DNA of 64,000 nt from Candidatus Subterrananammoxibius californiae. Lineage in GTDB: Bacteria; Planctomycetota; Brocadiia; Brocadiales; Subterrananammoxibiaceae. Each line of letters opens with the position of its first letter. Positions within the stretch are counted from its first letter, which is position 1. The translations under genes were made by a program, and so were the position numbers. Under the pieces are notes generated by a model. It had not been told where the DNA came from. It did not search any database and saw nothing but the letters and a program-made list of their open reading frames with translations. The DNA is taken from positions 8,061-72,060 of the forward strand of contig JAURAC010000017.1 in the NCBI GenBank assembly GCA_030586555.1, in the 5' to 3' direction. Shown here piece by piece: positions 27,254 to 36,032 of this stretch.

Positions 27254-27458
27254 TAATAGATTTCTGTGCAAGATTTATAAGGGAACGAAGGGCGTCATTA
27301 ACAGCTTCTTCTGTGGGAAACGCTTTCGCAACATCCGGACTAAGGAGAACTAAATTGGTTCCCTTTTGGTAAGATTCAAAATATTTGCCTCGAACACCCC
27401 GACCGAGGTCCTCACGGTGATATTATGGACGCAGTACTTCAGATTTAGCCTTCTTCAT
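27204..27458 (-). pseudogene. BrnA-like antitoxin cassette remnant (stop at codon 12, one frameshift)
   Basis: MKKAKSEVLRP*YHREDLGRGVRGKYFESYQKG / TNLVLLSPDVAKAFPTEEAVNDALRSLI; SD GGAGGAGG. Confidence 0.7.
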
Positions 27459-27658
27459 AGATCCTCCTCCTTTAATGGTTCTGGTGTAAAATCTGAAATA
27501 TTAAGCATGTTTTTCTAAAGCCTTATTACCTGAGGAGTCTTTTTAATCTACCGAAGATATATTCATCAGCCTTGCGCTGCAAATGCCTCTTTGCTTTCTC
27601 AAGCGTATTGGAGGCGCCGAAACTACGACTGGTTGTCTTGAAGAAAACTGTATAATTT

Positions 27659-27766
27659 TCACCCGGCTCCGCTTATTTGGAGTGGTGGGCAAACGCCTTC
27701 GCCGTCGCAGGTGTAGCGTGTTGGCATTTGTTCATTATATTTGAATACCAGACTCGTGAGGTTCAT
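27659..27766 (-). pseudogene. N-terminal fragment of a YbhB/YbcL (PEBP) protein
   Basis: MNLTSLVFKYNEQMPTRYTCDGEGVCPPLQISG then stop. Confidence 0.65.
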
Positions 27767-27808
27767 ATTCGTAGAATGAGATAATGAGATTCATAAGATT
27801 GGGCCTAA

Positions 27809-28780
27809 TCAAAAGATTATTTCAAGCGCTTTGATCTCTTCGTTCCACCACGCGGTCGTACCGCATTCCTTAGAGAGCGCTTCCATGCGCGTAGCGATCG
27901 TTTTTGCCCGAACGTAGGGTGCCAGCCGCGCCTGAAAATTGTCTATGATTATCGGGTACATGCGGATGCGCACAACTCGGCTATCGTTGAACTCGACAAC
28001 AAACACGAAAGATTCATCGTTGCGCTCGATTTTGTCTATTGCATAATCGTCGATGAAATCGCCAGCGCTATAGATGATCAATCTTCCTTTGAAAAGTTCT
28101 ATCCCGCGAAACACATGTGCAGAATGTCCAAAGACGATATCGGCTCCGGCTTCGATAAGCGCATGAGCGAACTTCTGATGCTCTTTCTCTGGTGCGTATC
28201 CCCAATTCGAGCCCCAGTGCGCCGAGGTGACGACGATTTCGGCATTCACCCGGGCCATCCTGACATCTTCAATGAGCACACGGGCGCACACATTCTCCAG
28301 GTCAACGGGGCAATAGCGGACGCCGGGTGTTTCTCTTCCGGCTTCCCAATCGCGGCCAGCGTAATCGGTAAATGAGAGGAGCGCAACCGTAGCACCGTGG
28401 ACCGAGATATGCGTCGAAGCCCGCGCCGCGGCGGCATTTACTCCTGCGCCGGCATGCGCAATGCCTGCGTCGTCCAAATGCCCTATCATCTCTTCTAAAG
28501 CTTCAGGGCCGTAGTCGAGCGCATGGTTGTTCGCAAGTGATACCATATCGATGTGAGCCGTCTTGAGTACTGCAATGTTCTTCGCGTCAGAGCGGAAATT
28601 GAATGTCTTTGGGATAGGCTCCCCCGAATCGGCTATGACGCATTCAAGATTGCATATCCGCACGTCTGTCGCTTTAAAGAGCGGCAGCGTATCGCCCCAA
28701 GGGTACTCAGGCGACACGCTTTTGAGCGAGTCATTGACGAGCCTTCCTAACATCACATCGCCTACAAAAAGCAGTTTCAT
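27809..28780 (-). CDS. CapA-family metallophosphoesterase
   Basis: GDVMLGR, NLEC, LANNHALDYG, HWG, GHSAH. Confidence 0.92.
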   Translation of the reverse strand: MKLLFVGDVMLGRLVNDSLKSVSPEYPWGDTLPLFKATDVRICNLECVIADSGEPIPKTFNFRSDAKNIAVLKTAHIDMVSLANNHALDYGPEALEEMIGHLDDAGIAHAGAGVNAAAARASTHISVHGATVALLSFTDYAGRDWEAGRETPGVRYCPVDLENVCARVLIEDVRMARVNAEIVVTSAHWGSNWGYAPEKEHQKFAHALIEAGADIVFGHSAHVFRGIELFKGRLIIYSAGDFIDDYAIDKIERNDESFVFVVEFNDSRVVRIRMYPIIIDNFQARLAPYVRAKTIATRMEALSKECGTTAWWNEEIKALEIIF

Positions 28781-29403
28781 AAATATTTCTTAAACCATGC
28801 CACCGCCAGCTCGGCTACCTGCCCGAGTGTCCCCGGCTCTTCAAAGAGGTGCGTCGCGCCATGGACGATCTCAAGCTTCTTCTCGCAATGAAGTGCGGCA
28901 AGTGCCTGTTCGTTGAGCTCGATAACGCCAAAATCATTGCCGCCAACAATGAGAAGCGTGGGAGCAGTGACCTTGCCTATGTTTTTCATCGCGAGATCCG
29001 GTCTGCCACCACGCGAGACAACTGCCGCGATATGTGAAGGAAGCCGCGCAGCAACTTGAAGCGCGGCCGCCGCGCCTGTCGATGCTCCGAATAATCCTAT
29101 TGCCAGGCCTTTTGTCTTTGGCTCTCTTTTAAGCCAACGAATAACCTCGCCGAGACGCTCCGTTAGAAGGTCAATGTCGAAGCGAGTTTCGTATATTTCA
29201 TCTTCCTTCTCCGTAAGTAAATCTATCAAGAGTGTTGCGACTCCCAATTTCTGCAGTTCCTTTGCGACGAATGTGTTGCGCGGAGAAAAACGGCTGCTCC
29301 CGCTTCCGTGCGCAAAAAGCACAATACCGGACGCTCCCTTCGGCATGGCAAGCGTTCCTTCGAGAGCAACACCATCAATTGGTATTTTAATTTCCTGCTC
29401 CAT
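28777..29403 (-). CDS. Dienelactone-hydrolase-like alpha/beta hydrolase
   Basis: FAHGSGSSRFSPRN, GASTG, SRGGRPDL, GATHLFEE. Confidence 0.9.
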   Translation of the reverse strand: MEQEIKIPIDGVALEGTLAMPKGASGIVLFAHGSGSSRFSPRNTFVAKELQKLGVATLLIDLLTEKEDEIYETRFDIDLLTERLGEVIRWLKREPKTKGLAIGLFGASTGAAAALQVAARLPSHIAAVVSRGGRPDLAMKNIGKVTAPTLLIVGGNDFGVIELNEQALAALHCEKKLEIVHGATHLFEEPGTLGQVAELAVAWFKKYL

Positions 29404-30025
29404 ATGCTGATTGCAATAGTCTGATGACTTCTTCATCTTCAACCTGTTCAAATTCCTGATAGTGCGCCCCGATTGCTCCCATAAAATCCTTCGGCGGTTC
29501 AAGCACGATAATTTCATCGGCTTCTCGTCGAATCTCGCGCACCGTATCCGACGGCGCAACCGGGACGGCAATGATAATACGATCAGGTTTTTGCTCCTTC
29601 ACTGCTTTAATTGCAAGTCGCATAGTGAGGCCTGTCGCTATGCCATCGTCGACGATGATAGCAACCTTGTTTGTAACTTGGGTCGACTTCTTTCCACCCC
29701 GATACACTTTAATGCGCCGCGCCACTTCCTTTTTTTGTTGCTCTATTTCTCCGCTTAACCAATCTTGATCAACTAATTCCGCTTCCACCTCATTGCACAA
29801 AAGAGTCCCTTTTTCGTCTGTGGCGCAGATTGCATATTCAGGATGTTGCGGGTGTCCGATCTTGCGAGCGGCAACTATATCGAGCGGCAGACCGAGCAAG
29901 CGAGCAACTTCATAGCCGACCACGACCCCGCCACGCGGCAATGCGAGCACCACGGCGTTTGCGCCTTTATACTGCCGTAATCTTTCCGCAAGTTGTTTCC
30001 CCGCATCGCTTCTGTTCTGGAACAT
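29387..30025 (-). CDS. Phosphoribosyltransferase-family protein
   Basis: FQNRSDAG, LPRGG, IVDDGIATG. Confidence 0.92.
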   Translation of the reverse strand: MFQNRSDAGKQLAERLRQYKGANAVVLALPRGGVVVGYEVARLLGLPLDIVAARKIGHPQHPEYAICATDEKGTLLCNEVEAELVDQDWLSGEIEQQKKEVARRIKVYRGGKKSTQVTNKVAIIVDDGIATGLTMRLAIKAVKEQKPDRIIIAVPVAPSDTVREIRREADEIIVLEPPKDFMGAIGAHYQEFEQVEDEEVIRLLQSAYGAGN

Positions 30026-30678
30026 GGGATTACTTCTTGCCCACCTCTCTTGATTTTACTTTCTTTCTGGTTGGATTCATCATGTTATTCTTCGCTGCCC
30101 CTTCCAGCCGCGGCGGGCGAGTAAGATGATCCACCTCACGCAGTAGTCTTTTCTTATCTAATATCTGATTTTGTTTTTTTGCGTTAGTCATATTACATAC
30201 TATAGCAGTGCTACTCTTGTTATCAAAGAGCCAAAAATATCCTTTTTGTTCGCCGTCTTTCAAGATTTTTTCAAAAGTGGATTGCATAGTTATTTATTCA
30301 AATCATAACTCTGCTTGATAAGACCGAAAACGGCATCAAGCTCGGTTTCCTTTTCTAACGAAAGACGAACCCGAAGGCGTATGTTCGTTTTTTGCAAGTT
30401 GGCAGCATAGCTCTTCAAACGCTGTATGCTGTGAACCACTCCGTGGTCGAAGGTTTTGACAGTTTATATTAGTCGACATTTCTTATTTAGCACATTAAAT
30501 TGTGTACAGTTATTCGCTATTATTATATTCTAGCGAACGAGAGCATAAAAATCCATATGTAAGAAATTTCAACTTACGACAAATTTCTGGCAGGCAAAAA
30601 GCGGGCAGTTAGTTGACCTCTGAGACCCTGCTCGGATGTTCTGGTGTGAGACTATTTAGGTGCTTCTAAGGAAAATCT

Positions 30679-30698
30679 GGTGTCCATACGGTGTCCAT
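30679..30698. repeat. Tandem GGTGTCCAT direct repeat, candidate integrase arm-type site
   Basis: GGTGTCCAT-ac-GGTGTCCAT about 120 bp from the broken tRNA. Confidence 0.45.
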
Positions 30699-30815
30699 GA
30701 GTGGGCTAAAAAGGGGTGAAAAGACCTGACAGAATCTATAACAGAAACAATAAGAAATATTTGGCAAATAATGACTTGCGTGTATTTTCAATGACTTACG
30801 TAAAACCCTCAAAAC

Positions 30816-30857
30816 GGATTCGAAGTCCACTACTCTATCCAGTTGAGCTACGGGCGC
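30816..30857 (-). tRNA. 5' half only of tRNA-Arg(TCG)
   Basis: GCGCCCG TA GCTC AACTGGATA GAGT A GTGGA CT TCG AA TCC; no T arm or 3' acceptor strand follows. Confidence 0.8.
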
Positions 30858-30990
30858 ATACCTTTTAATATATTTCAGGTAGACAACGGACTTTATGTCC
30901 GTTGAATCAACGAGGTAAAACCTCGTTGTCTACCTTTTTTCAAAAAGGTAAGGGCATTTTACAAAAAATTATAGGCATCTTCAAGCGAGT

Positions 30991-31938
30991 TTATGCACGA
31001 GGATGAAACGTTTTGTGGATAAGCTGGAGACGTTGCTTTTCAAGATGCGTGTATATCTGGGTTGTGGATATGTTAACATGCCCAAGCATTTCCTGAACGG
31101 AACGGAGGTCGGCGCCCCCTTCTAAAAGGTGCGTTGCGAAGGAGTGACGAAGTGTGTGTGGAGAAACCGTCGTCTTGACGCCTATCTGTCTAACATAATG
31201 CTTTACGATATGCCATATATTCTCACGTCGAAGTGGCTTGCCAGTACGCGAGAGAAAAAGGAGTTCGGAGTTCGGATTGTGGATTGCGGAATGCGGAATT
31301 TTTTCATTCCGCATTAGTAATCCAGGTCTTGCATCCAGCAAGTACCTTTTTATTGCTTCAATGGCTTTTATCCCTAAAGGGACGATGCGTTCTTTGCTTC
31401 GTTTGCCCTTGCATTTTATATAGCCGTAGTCTATATTAACCCCGCTAAGGAGGATTCCTGCCACCTCAGATACCCTTGCCCCTGTGGCATAAAATAGTTC
31501 AAGGATGGCTTTGTTACGCATTTCTAATATCCTCCTGTTTGAACCAGGGCGTTTTGCGATTTCTACCTCGGGCGCAGTAAGCAATCGTTCGACATCGTTT
31601 TGACTGAGAACCTGGGGGAGTCTTTTCCAAAGCTTAGGTGGTTCAATCGAGGATGTAATGTCTTTTGGAATTTTCCCCTCACGGAAGAGAAACCTGTAAA
31701 GCATCCTTATTGCTACAAGGTTTCTCCAAACGCTGTTTACCGATAGCCCCCTATCCTTCTCTGTAATCATGAAGCTGACCACAGTGTGCTGTTTGACCGT
31801 TTCAAACTTATCGAAGCCTTGTGTCTTTAAGTAGTTTGAAAACTTTTTAAGGTCGTTTCCATAGCTCACTACGGTATTCTTTGATAAGCCGCATTCTACT
31901 GTAAGGTAATCTAAAAAGGATTGAATTAATTCATTCAT
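30991..31938 (-). CDS. xerD: Tyrosine recombinase XerD
   Basis: ECGLSKNT..SY, GARVSE, HTLRHSFATHLLEGGADLR, LGH..ISTTQIY. Confidence 0.9.
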   Translation of the reverse strand: MNELIQSFLDYLTVECGLSKNTVVSYGNDLKKFSNYLKTQGFDKFETVKQHTVVSFMITEKDRGLSVNSVWRNLVAIRMLYRFLFREGKIPKDITSSIEPPKLWKRLPQVLSQNDVERLLTAPEVEIAKRPGSNRRILEMRNKAILELFYATGARVSEVAGILLSGVNIDYGYIKCKGKRSKERIVPLGIKAIEAIKRYLLDARPGLLMRNEKIPHSAIHNPNSELLFLSRTGKPLRRENIWHIVKHYVRQIGVKTTVSPHTLRHSFATHLLEGGADLRSVQEMLGHVNISTTQIYTHLEKQRLQLIHKTFHPRA

Positions 31939-31952
31939 AACTTTTCTCCATC

Positions 31953-32999
31953 TTACCCAATCTTTTTAGATAACTCTCTCAAGGATTCCATCATCTGTGG
32001 CAATTTCTTTATCAATGCCTGAATCCTCTTTTCAAGATTTATAGGTTTTGCGGGCGAGCCCCATACTATTGAACCAGGTTCGAGACTTTTCTTAAAAACA
32101 TTCGACCCGCCGCCAATTACACAATTATCACCTATTTTTGCATGGTCTGTAACGCCCACATCTTCGGCTATCATCACATTCTTGCCAATTACAGCCCCAC
32201 CGGCTATCTTTGCATAAGCAATAAGCATGGAATCTTCGCCAATGATTACGTTATGCGCAATATGGGAGTGATTATCTATCTTAACGCCGCGTCCGATTAC
32301 TGTCTTATCGAGGGCAGCTCGGGCAATGGTAACGTTTGCGCCAATCTCCACGTCATCCCCAATTTCAACCGTTCCAACCTGAGGAATCTTTACGTGACGT
32401 CTACAAGTCGGAGGAGACCCTTCGCTCCGCTCAGGGCGTGCCTGTAGATACCCGAATCCATCATCCCCGATGACCGTGCCTGCATGGATTATGGCACGCT
32501 TGCCTATAATCACCTCTTCTCTAATAGTAACGTTTGGATATATTATTGAGTCATCCCCTATTGTGCTGTCATGTCCAACAAAAACATTCGGATATATGGT
32601 CACGCGGTCGCCTACCTTAACATCATCTTCTATGACAACATAAGCGCCGATGGAAATATCTTTGCCAATTAAAGCATTCTTGGAAATAATTGCCGTGGGA
32701 TGTATGCCCGTAGGTCTTTTTTGTTTTTCCTTTGAGATAACTGCCAAAAATTTTGAAAAGGCAAGAAAGGGGTTATCCACAACAATGAGCGGCTTCTTCG
32801 CACCGTCAATCACCCTGTGAACAACAACTGCAGAGGCGTTTGTCTTTTGAATCCTGTCCACAAAGGCTTCGTCCTTTATGAAGGTGATGTCCCCCGGTGC
32901 GGCGTTATTGATGCTGCCAACCCCTATAATTCTGAGGTTACTGTCACCTATAAGCTTCCCACCTATAATTGATTGGATTTGGCTAAGGGTATAGTTCAT
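31953..32999 (-). CDS. lpxD: UDP-3-O-acylglucosamine N-acyltransferase
   Basis: Hexapeptide repeats, DGFGY, KIPQVG, KIDN..HIAHN. Confidence 0.95.
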   Translation of the reverse strand: MNYTLSQIQSIIGGKLIGDSNLRIIGVGSINNAAPGDITFIKDEAFVDRIQKTNASAVVVHRVIDGAKKPLIVVDNPFLAFSKFLAVISKEKQKRPTGIHPTAIISKNALIGKDISIGAYVVIEDDVKVGDRVTIYPNVFVGHDSTIGDDSIIYPNVTIREEVIIGKRAIIHAGTVIGDDGFGYLQARPERSEGSPPTCRRHVKIPQVGTVEIGDDVEIGANVTIARAALDKTVIGRGVKIDNHSHIAHNVIIGEDSMLIAYAKIAGGAVIGKNVMIAEDVGVTDHAKIGDNCVIGGGSNVFKKSLEPGSIVWGSPAKPINLEKRIQALIKKLPQMMESLRELSKKIG

Positions 33000-33166
33000 T
33001 GTTTGTACCCGTAATGGTGTCGTAATAATACCACACAGATATATCCATGTCAAATCGAACTTTCTAAATACTACTCATTTGACAACACCAACATGGTATG
33101 ATACAATCTTTTATAATAGCTGACATAAGTATAGAAAAGAACCTTAGATGGCAAGATTAGAAATTA

Positions 33167-33406
33167 GTGAGTCCGACAATATTTAGATATAAAGGATATC
33201 GGTTCTTTTTCTTCTCACGAGAGGAGAGGCGGATTCATGTTCATGTATATTGCCCAGATGGGGAAGCTAAATTCTGGTTAGAGCCAGTTGTTGCTTTGGC
33301 TAAAAACTATGGCCTGGCTTCAAAACAAATAAGAGAAGTGCAGGAAATTATTGAGGAACGACACGATGAAATCACAAAGGCATGGAAAAAACATTTCAGA
33401 TGTTGA
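33167..33406 (+). CDS. DUF4160 protein (putative TA component)
   Basis: GYRFFFFSREE..IHVHV...EAKFWL; TTGACA-17-TACAAT upstream. Confidence 0.85.
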   Translation: MSPTIFRYKGYRFFFFSREERRIHVHVYCPDGEAKFWLEPVVALAKNYGLASKQIREVQEIIEERHDEITKAWKKHFRC

Positions 33407-33641
33407 GGTCCAAAATATTTCTAATAATGGAATTTGGCTGTATGTAAACGGCAAGGAATATTTCTTGTCTTATAAAGAGTATCCCTGGTTCAAAGATGCT
33501 AAGGTATCAGATATATGCAATTTAGAATTGCTTCGCGACAATCATCTCTATTGGCCAGATTTGGATGTTGACCTTGAGATAGATTCCCTTGAAAATCCAG
33601 AAAAATTTCCATTAATTTATAAGGACAACTATCGAGGCTAA
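33351..33641 (+). CDS. DUF2442 protein (partner of DUF4160); start uncertain
   Basis: YPWFKDA, LYWPDLDVDL. Confidence 0.85.
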   Translation: MRNDTMKSQRHGKNISDVEVQNISNNGIWLYVNGKEYFLSYKEYPWFKDAKVSDICNLELLRDNHLYWPDLDVDLEIDSLENPEKFPLIYKDNYRG

Positions 33642-33792
33642 ACCTTCAATTGTTAGTCGTCCATAATTCTATGCGGAATACTGGATACAGAAATACGAGA
33701 TGATGAATACATTTCCCATATTTCTATGGAATTCTAATCTTAGAAGATTGTAAATAAGTAAAATCTCAAAATTGATGTAGTCATTTACTTAA

Positions 33793-35184
33793 TCAGTATT
33801 TATTCCCCTTGCTACTATTACAGCTCGAACAGAGCAATTGAGCATTTTCAATTTTTTTGCTTGAGCCACCTTTACTCCAAGGATATTTATGATCAACCTG
33901 AGCATCTTCAGGTGTTAAATTTTTTTTACATTTGCTATTATTTGTTGGTTTTGGACATTTTGGCTTGTCAGTCTTTTCTCTAAGCTCGATCCAAAGAATG
34001 TCTTTCACATTTTTGTCAAAATATCTTTTTGCATCTTTAGTTTTTGTAAAAAAACCATCCTTCAAAACTGAGGATAAATATGTATCTCTTATTTCCCTAT
34101 TTCCCTTGCTGTCTGTTGCTTGTCTTGTAGAATTGATGTATGGAACTAATTGCTTTTCATATTCTGACAATTTAATCTCTGTAATTTTTTTCCCAGAATA
34201 TTTGATGTCGAATTTTTGTGTCTGCTTCGAAAAAGTTAAAAGAAATCTGCCAGCTATTTTATTGCTCTTTTTATCGTCTATTACATATCCTTTTTGTTCC
34301 AATTTTTGTAAAACTACAAATAGAGAATAAAAATCAGATTTATTTTTAAACCTTGTAAATCTAATGCCATCATCGGGAAAGATTTCTTTAATCCAAGAAA
34401 TTACCTTATTAAACTGTTTGTAAATTCTATTAATTTCCTTCTTCTTCCATTCGTGCTGTGACAACAACTCATCCAGCTTTTTCCTCCTATCTGAATAATC
34501 TCCCTCAGAACAAGCTGTACAAAGCTCCAAAATAAATTCATGAAATAGATATCTATCTATGTCTGACTTTGAAATAATTCTCCATTTCAGAAATGGATTT
34601 TTATATTTTCTCTCTAATACAGAACCAAGTTCAAAAAATGGTCCTGCCCATAGCGCATGTCTAATCTCATGTTTTTCAAGTGGCGAACCAGTTGAATTTA
34701 TCCTGACAAAAACTTCTTTTGCAGCCACATTACGGCCAAAAATATCAGATAAATCCCCTTCGTATTCAATTATAGGTATGGGATACTGCCAGAATTTATC
34801 AAGGATATCCTCATATTCTTTGTTGACTTTTTTTAAATGCAACTCATCAAAGTATAGGTAGTCTTCCTTACCCGTTTTTGGATTTTCAAATTCAACCCAT
34901 AGCTTATCTTCATCTTTGAGGTTTATTTTTCCCATGAAACGAAGTATTGTTTCAAGACGTTGTTTACCGTCTAAAACATCGTATACATCTTTTGCTTTAT
35001 CGCGGCGGAAATGCTTGTGGAAAATTAATGCAGGTATTGGAATTCCATTAAATAAGGATGAAAGCAACAACTTTCTTTGTTTTGGTTTCCATGCTGGTTT
35101 TCGCTGATAGGGAGGATCAAGTTCAATTTGTTTATTGACAAACATATCTCTAAGCTCAGCAATTGTTCTTGTATGACATTTCAT
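33793..35184 (-). CDS. DUF262 (GmrS/ParB-like) plus C-terminal HNH nuclease
   Basis: PPYQR..W, LDGKQR, FVRIN; VDHKYPWSKGG...NAQLLCSSCN..K. Confidence 0.88.
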   Translation of the reverse strand: MKCHTRTIAELRDMFVNKQIELDPPYQRKPAWKPKQRKLLLSSLFNGIPIPALIFHKHFRRDKAKDVYDVLDGKQRLETILRFMGKINLKDEDKLWVEFENPKTGKEDYLYFDELHLKKVNKEYEDILDKFWQYPIPIIEYEGDLSDIFGRNVAAKEVFVRINSTGSPLEKHEIRHALWAGPFFELGSVLERKYKNPFLKWRIISKSDIDRYLFHEFILELCTACSEGDYSDRRKKLDELLSQHEWKKKEINRIYKQFNKVISWIKEIFPDDGIRFTRFKNKSDFYSLFVVLQKLEQKGYVIDDKKSNKIAGRFLLTFSKQTQKFDIKYSGKKITEIKLSEYEKQLVPYINSTRQATDSKGNREIRDTYLSSVLKDGFFTKTKDAKRYFDKNVKDILWIELREKTDKPKCPKPTNNSKCKKNLTPEDAQVDHKYPWSKGGSSKKIENAQLLCSSCNSSKGNKY

Positions 35185-35357
35185 AAATCAGCACTCCTCT
35201 ATTTTAATACATAAAAATGTGGCATTAGTCACCAAGTTATTTTAAAGTATTTCATTTCACTTTGCCCACAATGAGCAGATAACTAAAAATAATCGAAATA
35301 CTTTGTCTATGCTCTCCAATTGGCATATTTTGCGATGTGCTTCGATTATACATAATT

Positions 35358-35389
35358 TGGTCGGGGCAACTGGATTTGAACCAGAAACC
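35358..35389 (-). tRNA. 3' fragment of a tRNA-Pro-like gene (T arm, acceptor strand, CCA)
   Basis: GGTT TCTGG TTCAAAT CCAGT TGCCCCG A CCA. Confidence 0.75.
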
Positions 35390-35465
35390 TTACACCTTAG
35401 GCGGACGCTGTTAAGCGGCATATTTAGACAAAGTCGCAAACACACTGTTGTCCGCCGTTTGGATT

Positions 35466-35687
35466 TTATCTAATCTTCTTTTCAAAAAATCTATTAAATC
35501 CTTTCTTTTGTTTTTTTTGTTCAAAGAATTTATACTCTTCATGCTCCAACCTTTCTCGTAATAATTGCCTGATGGTATAGGAACGATTACCCATCCCTTT
35601 CCAATCCAACATTTCTACCATCCAATCTGGCAATAAGACTGAAATCCTCACTTGTTTTTCCCCCTTATTTCGTTTTGTCATAATCAT
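35466..35687 (-). CDS. CopG/RHH-like small DNA-binding protein
   Basis: RISVLLP..MVEMLD...NRS..IRQLL; SD GAGGAGG. Confidence 0.65.
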   Translation of the reverse strand: MIMTKRNKGEKQVRISVLLPDWMVEMLDWKGMGNRSYTIRQLLRERLEHEEYKFFEQKKQKKGFNRFFEKKIR

Positions 35688-35898
35688 TATTAACCTCCTC
35701 TTTCTCCAAAGCCCTCCAAAGCCCTAAATTTGCAAACCCTCTTTTAATTCTTTATCTCCTGTCCATAAGACACCATCTAATTCCAGAGTTAAGGCAATAA
35801 ACACTGCAACGCAGAGAAGATGATGTTTGTGTAGATGATTACATTCTCTATTATATTATAGTCCTCGATAATAAAAATTTTAAAAATAATTTATCGTA

Positions 35899-35965
35899 AG
35901 AGGGATGCACTAATCCGACCTGCCTGAGCATGAAATGGCGACATGCCGTGGGCGGGCATGCCCCG
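35899..35965 (-). pseudogene. Degenerate 5' part of the same tRNA-Pro-like gene
   Basis: CGGGGCA is complementary to the TGCCCCG of the 3' fragment; D-arm remnant GTCGGATTAGTGCA; promoter TTGACA-17-TAATAT at 36010-35982. Confidence 0.5.
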
Positions 35966-36032
35966 AACCGTGTTTTTTTTCATATTATGCAATCAAATAG
36001 GTGTTGTCAATATAAAATCGTGGATTAGTACA

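Noticed and set aside
30030..30287. 85-aa ORF as a real gene
   Set aside because: No recognisable motif or SD; lies in a decayed island margin.
30991..31938. xerD as the integrase of the adjacent island or as an integron integrase
   Set aside because: Typical housekeeping XerD downstream of lpxD, on the host side of the tRNA; its short insertion is heptamer-repeat derived, not the IntI-specific domain.
30816..35389. Arg 5' half and Pro 3' half forming one permuted or trans-spliced tRNA
   Set aside because: Acceptor strands do not pair fully (GCGCCCG vs TGCCCCG), and the Pro fragment has its own matching 5' strand at 35965.
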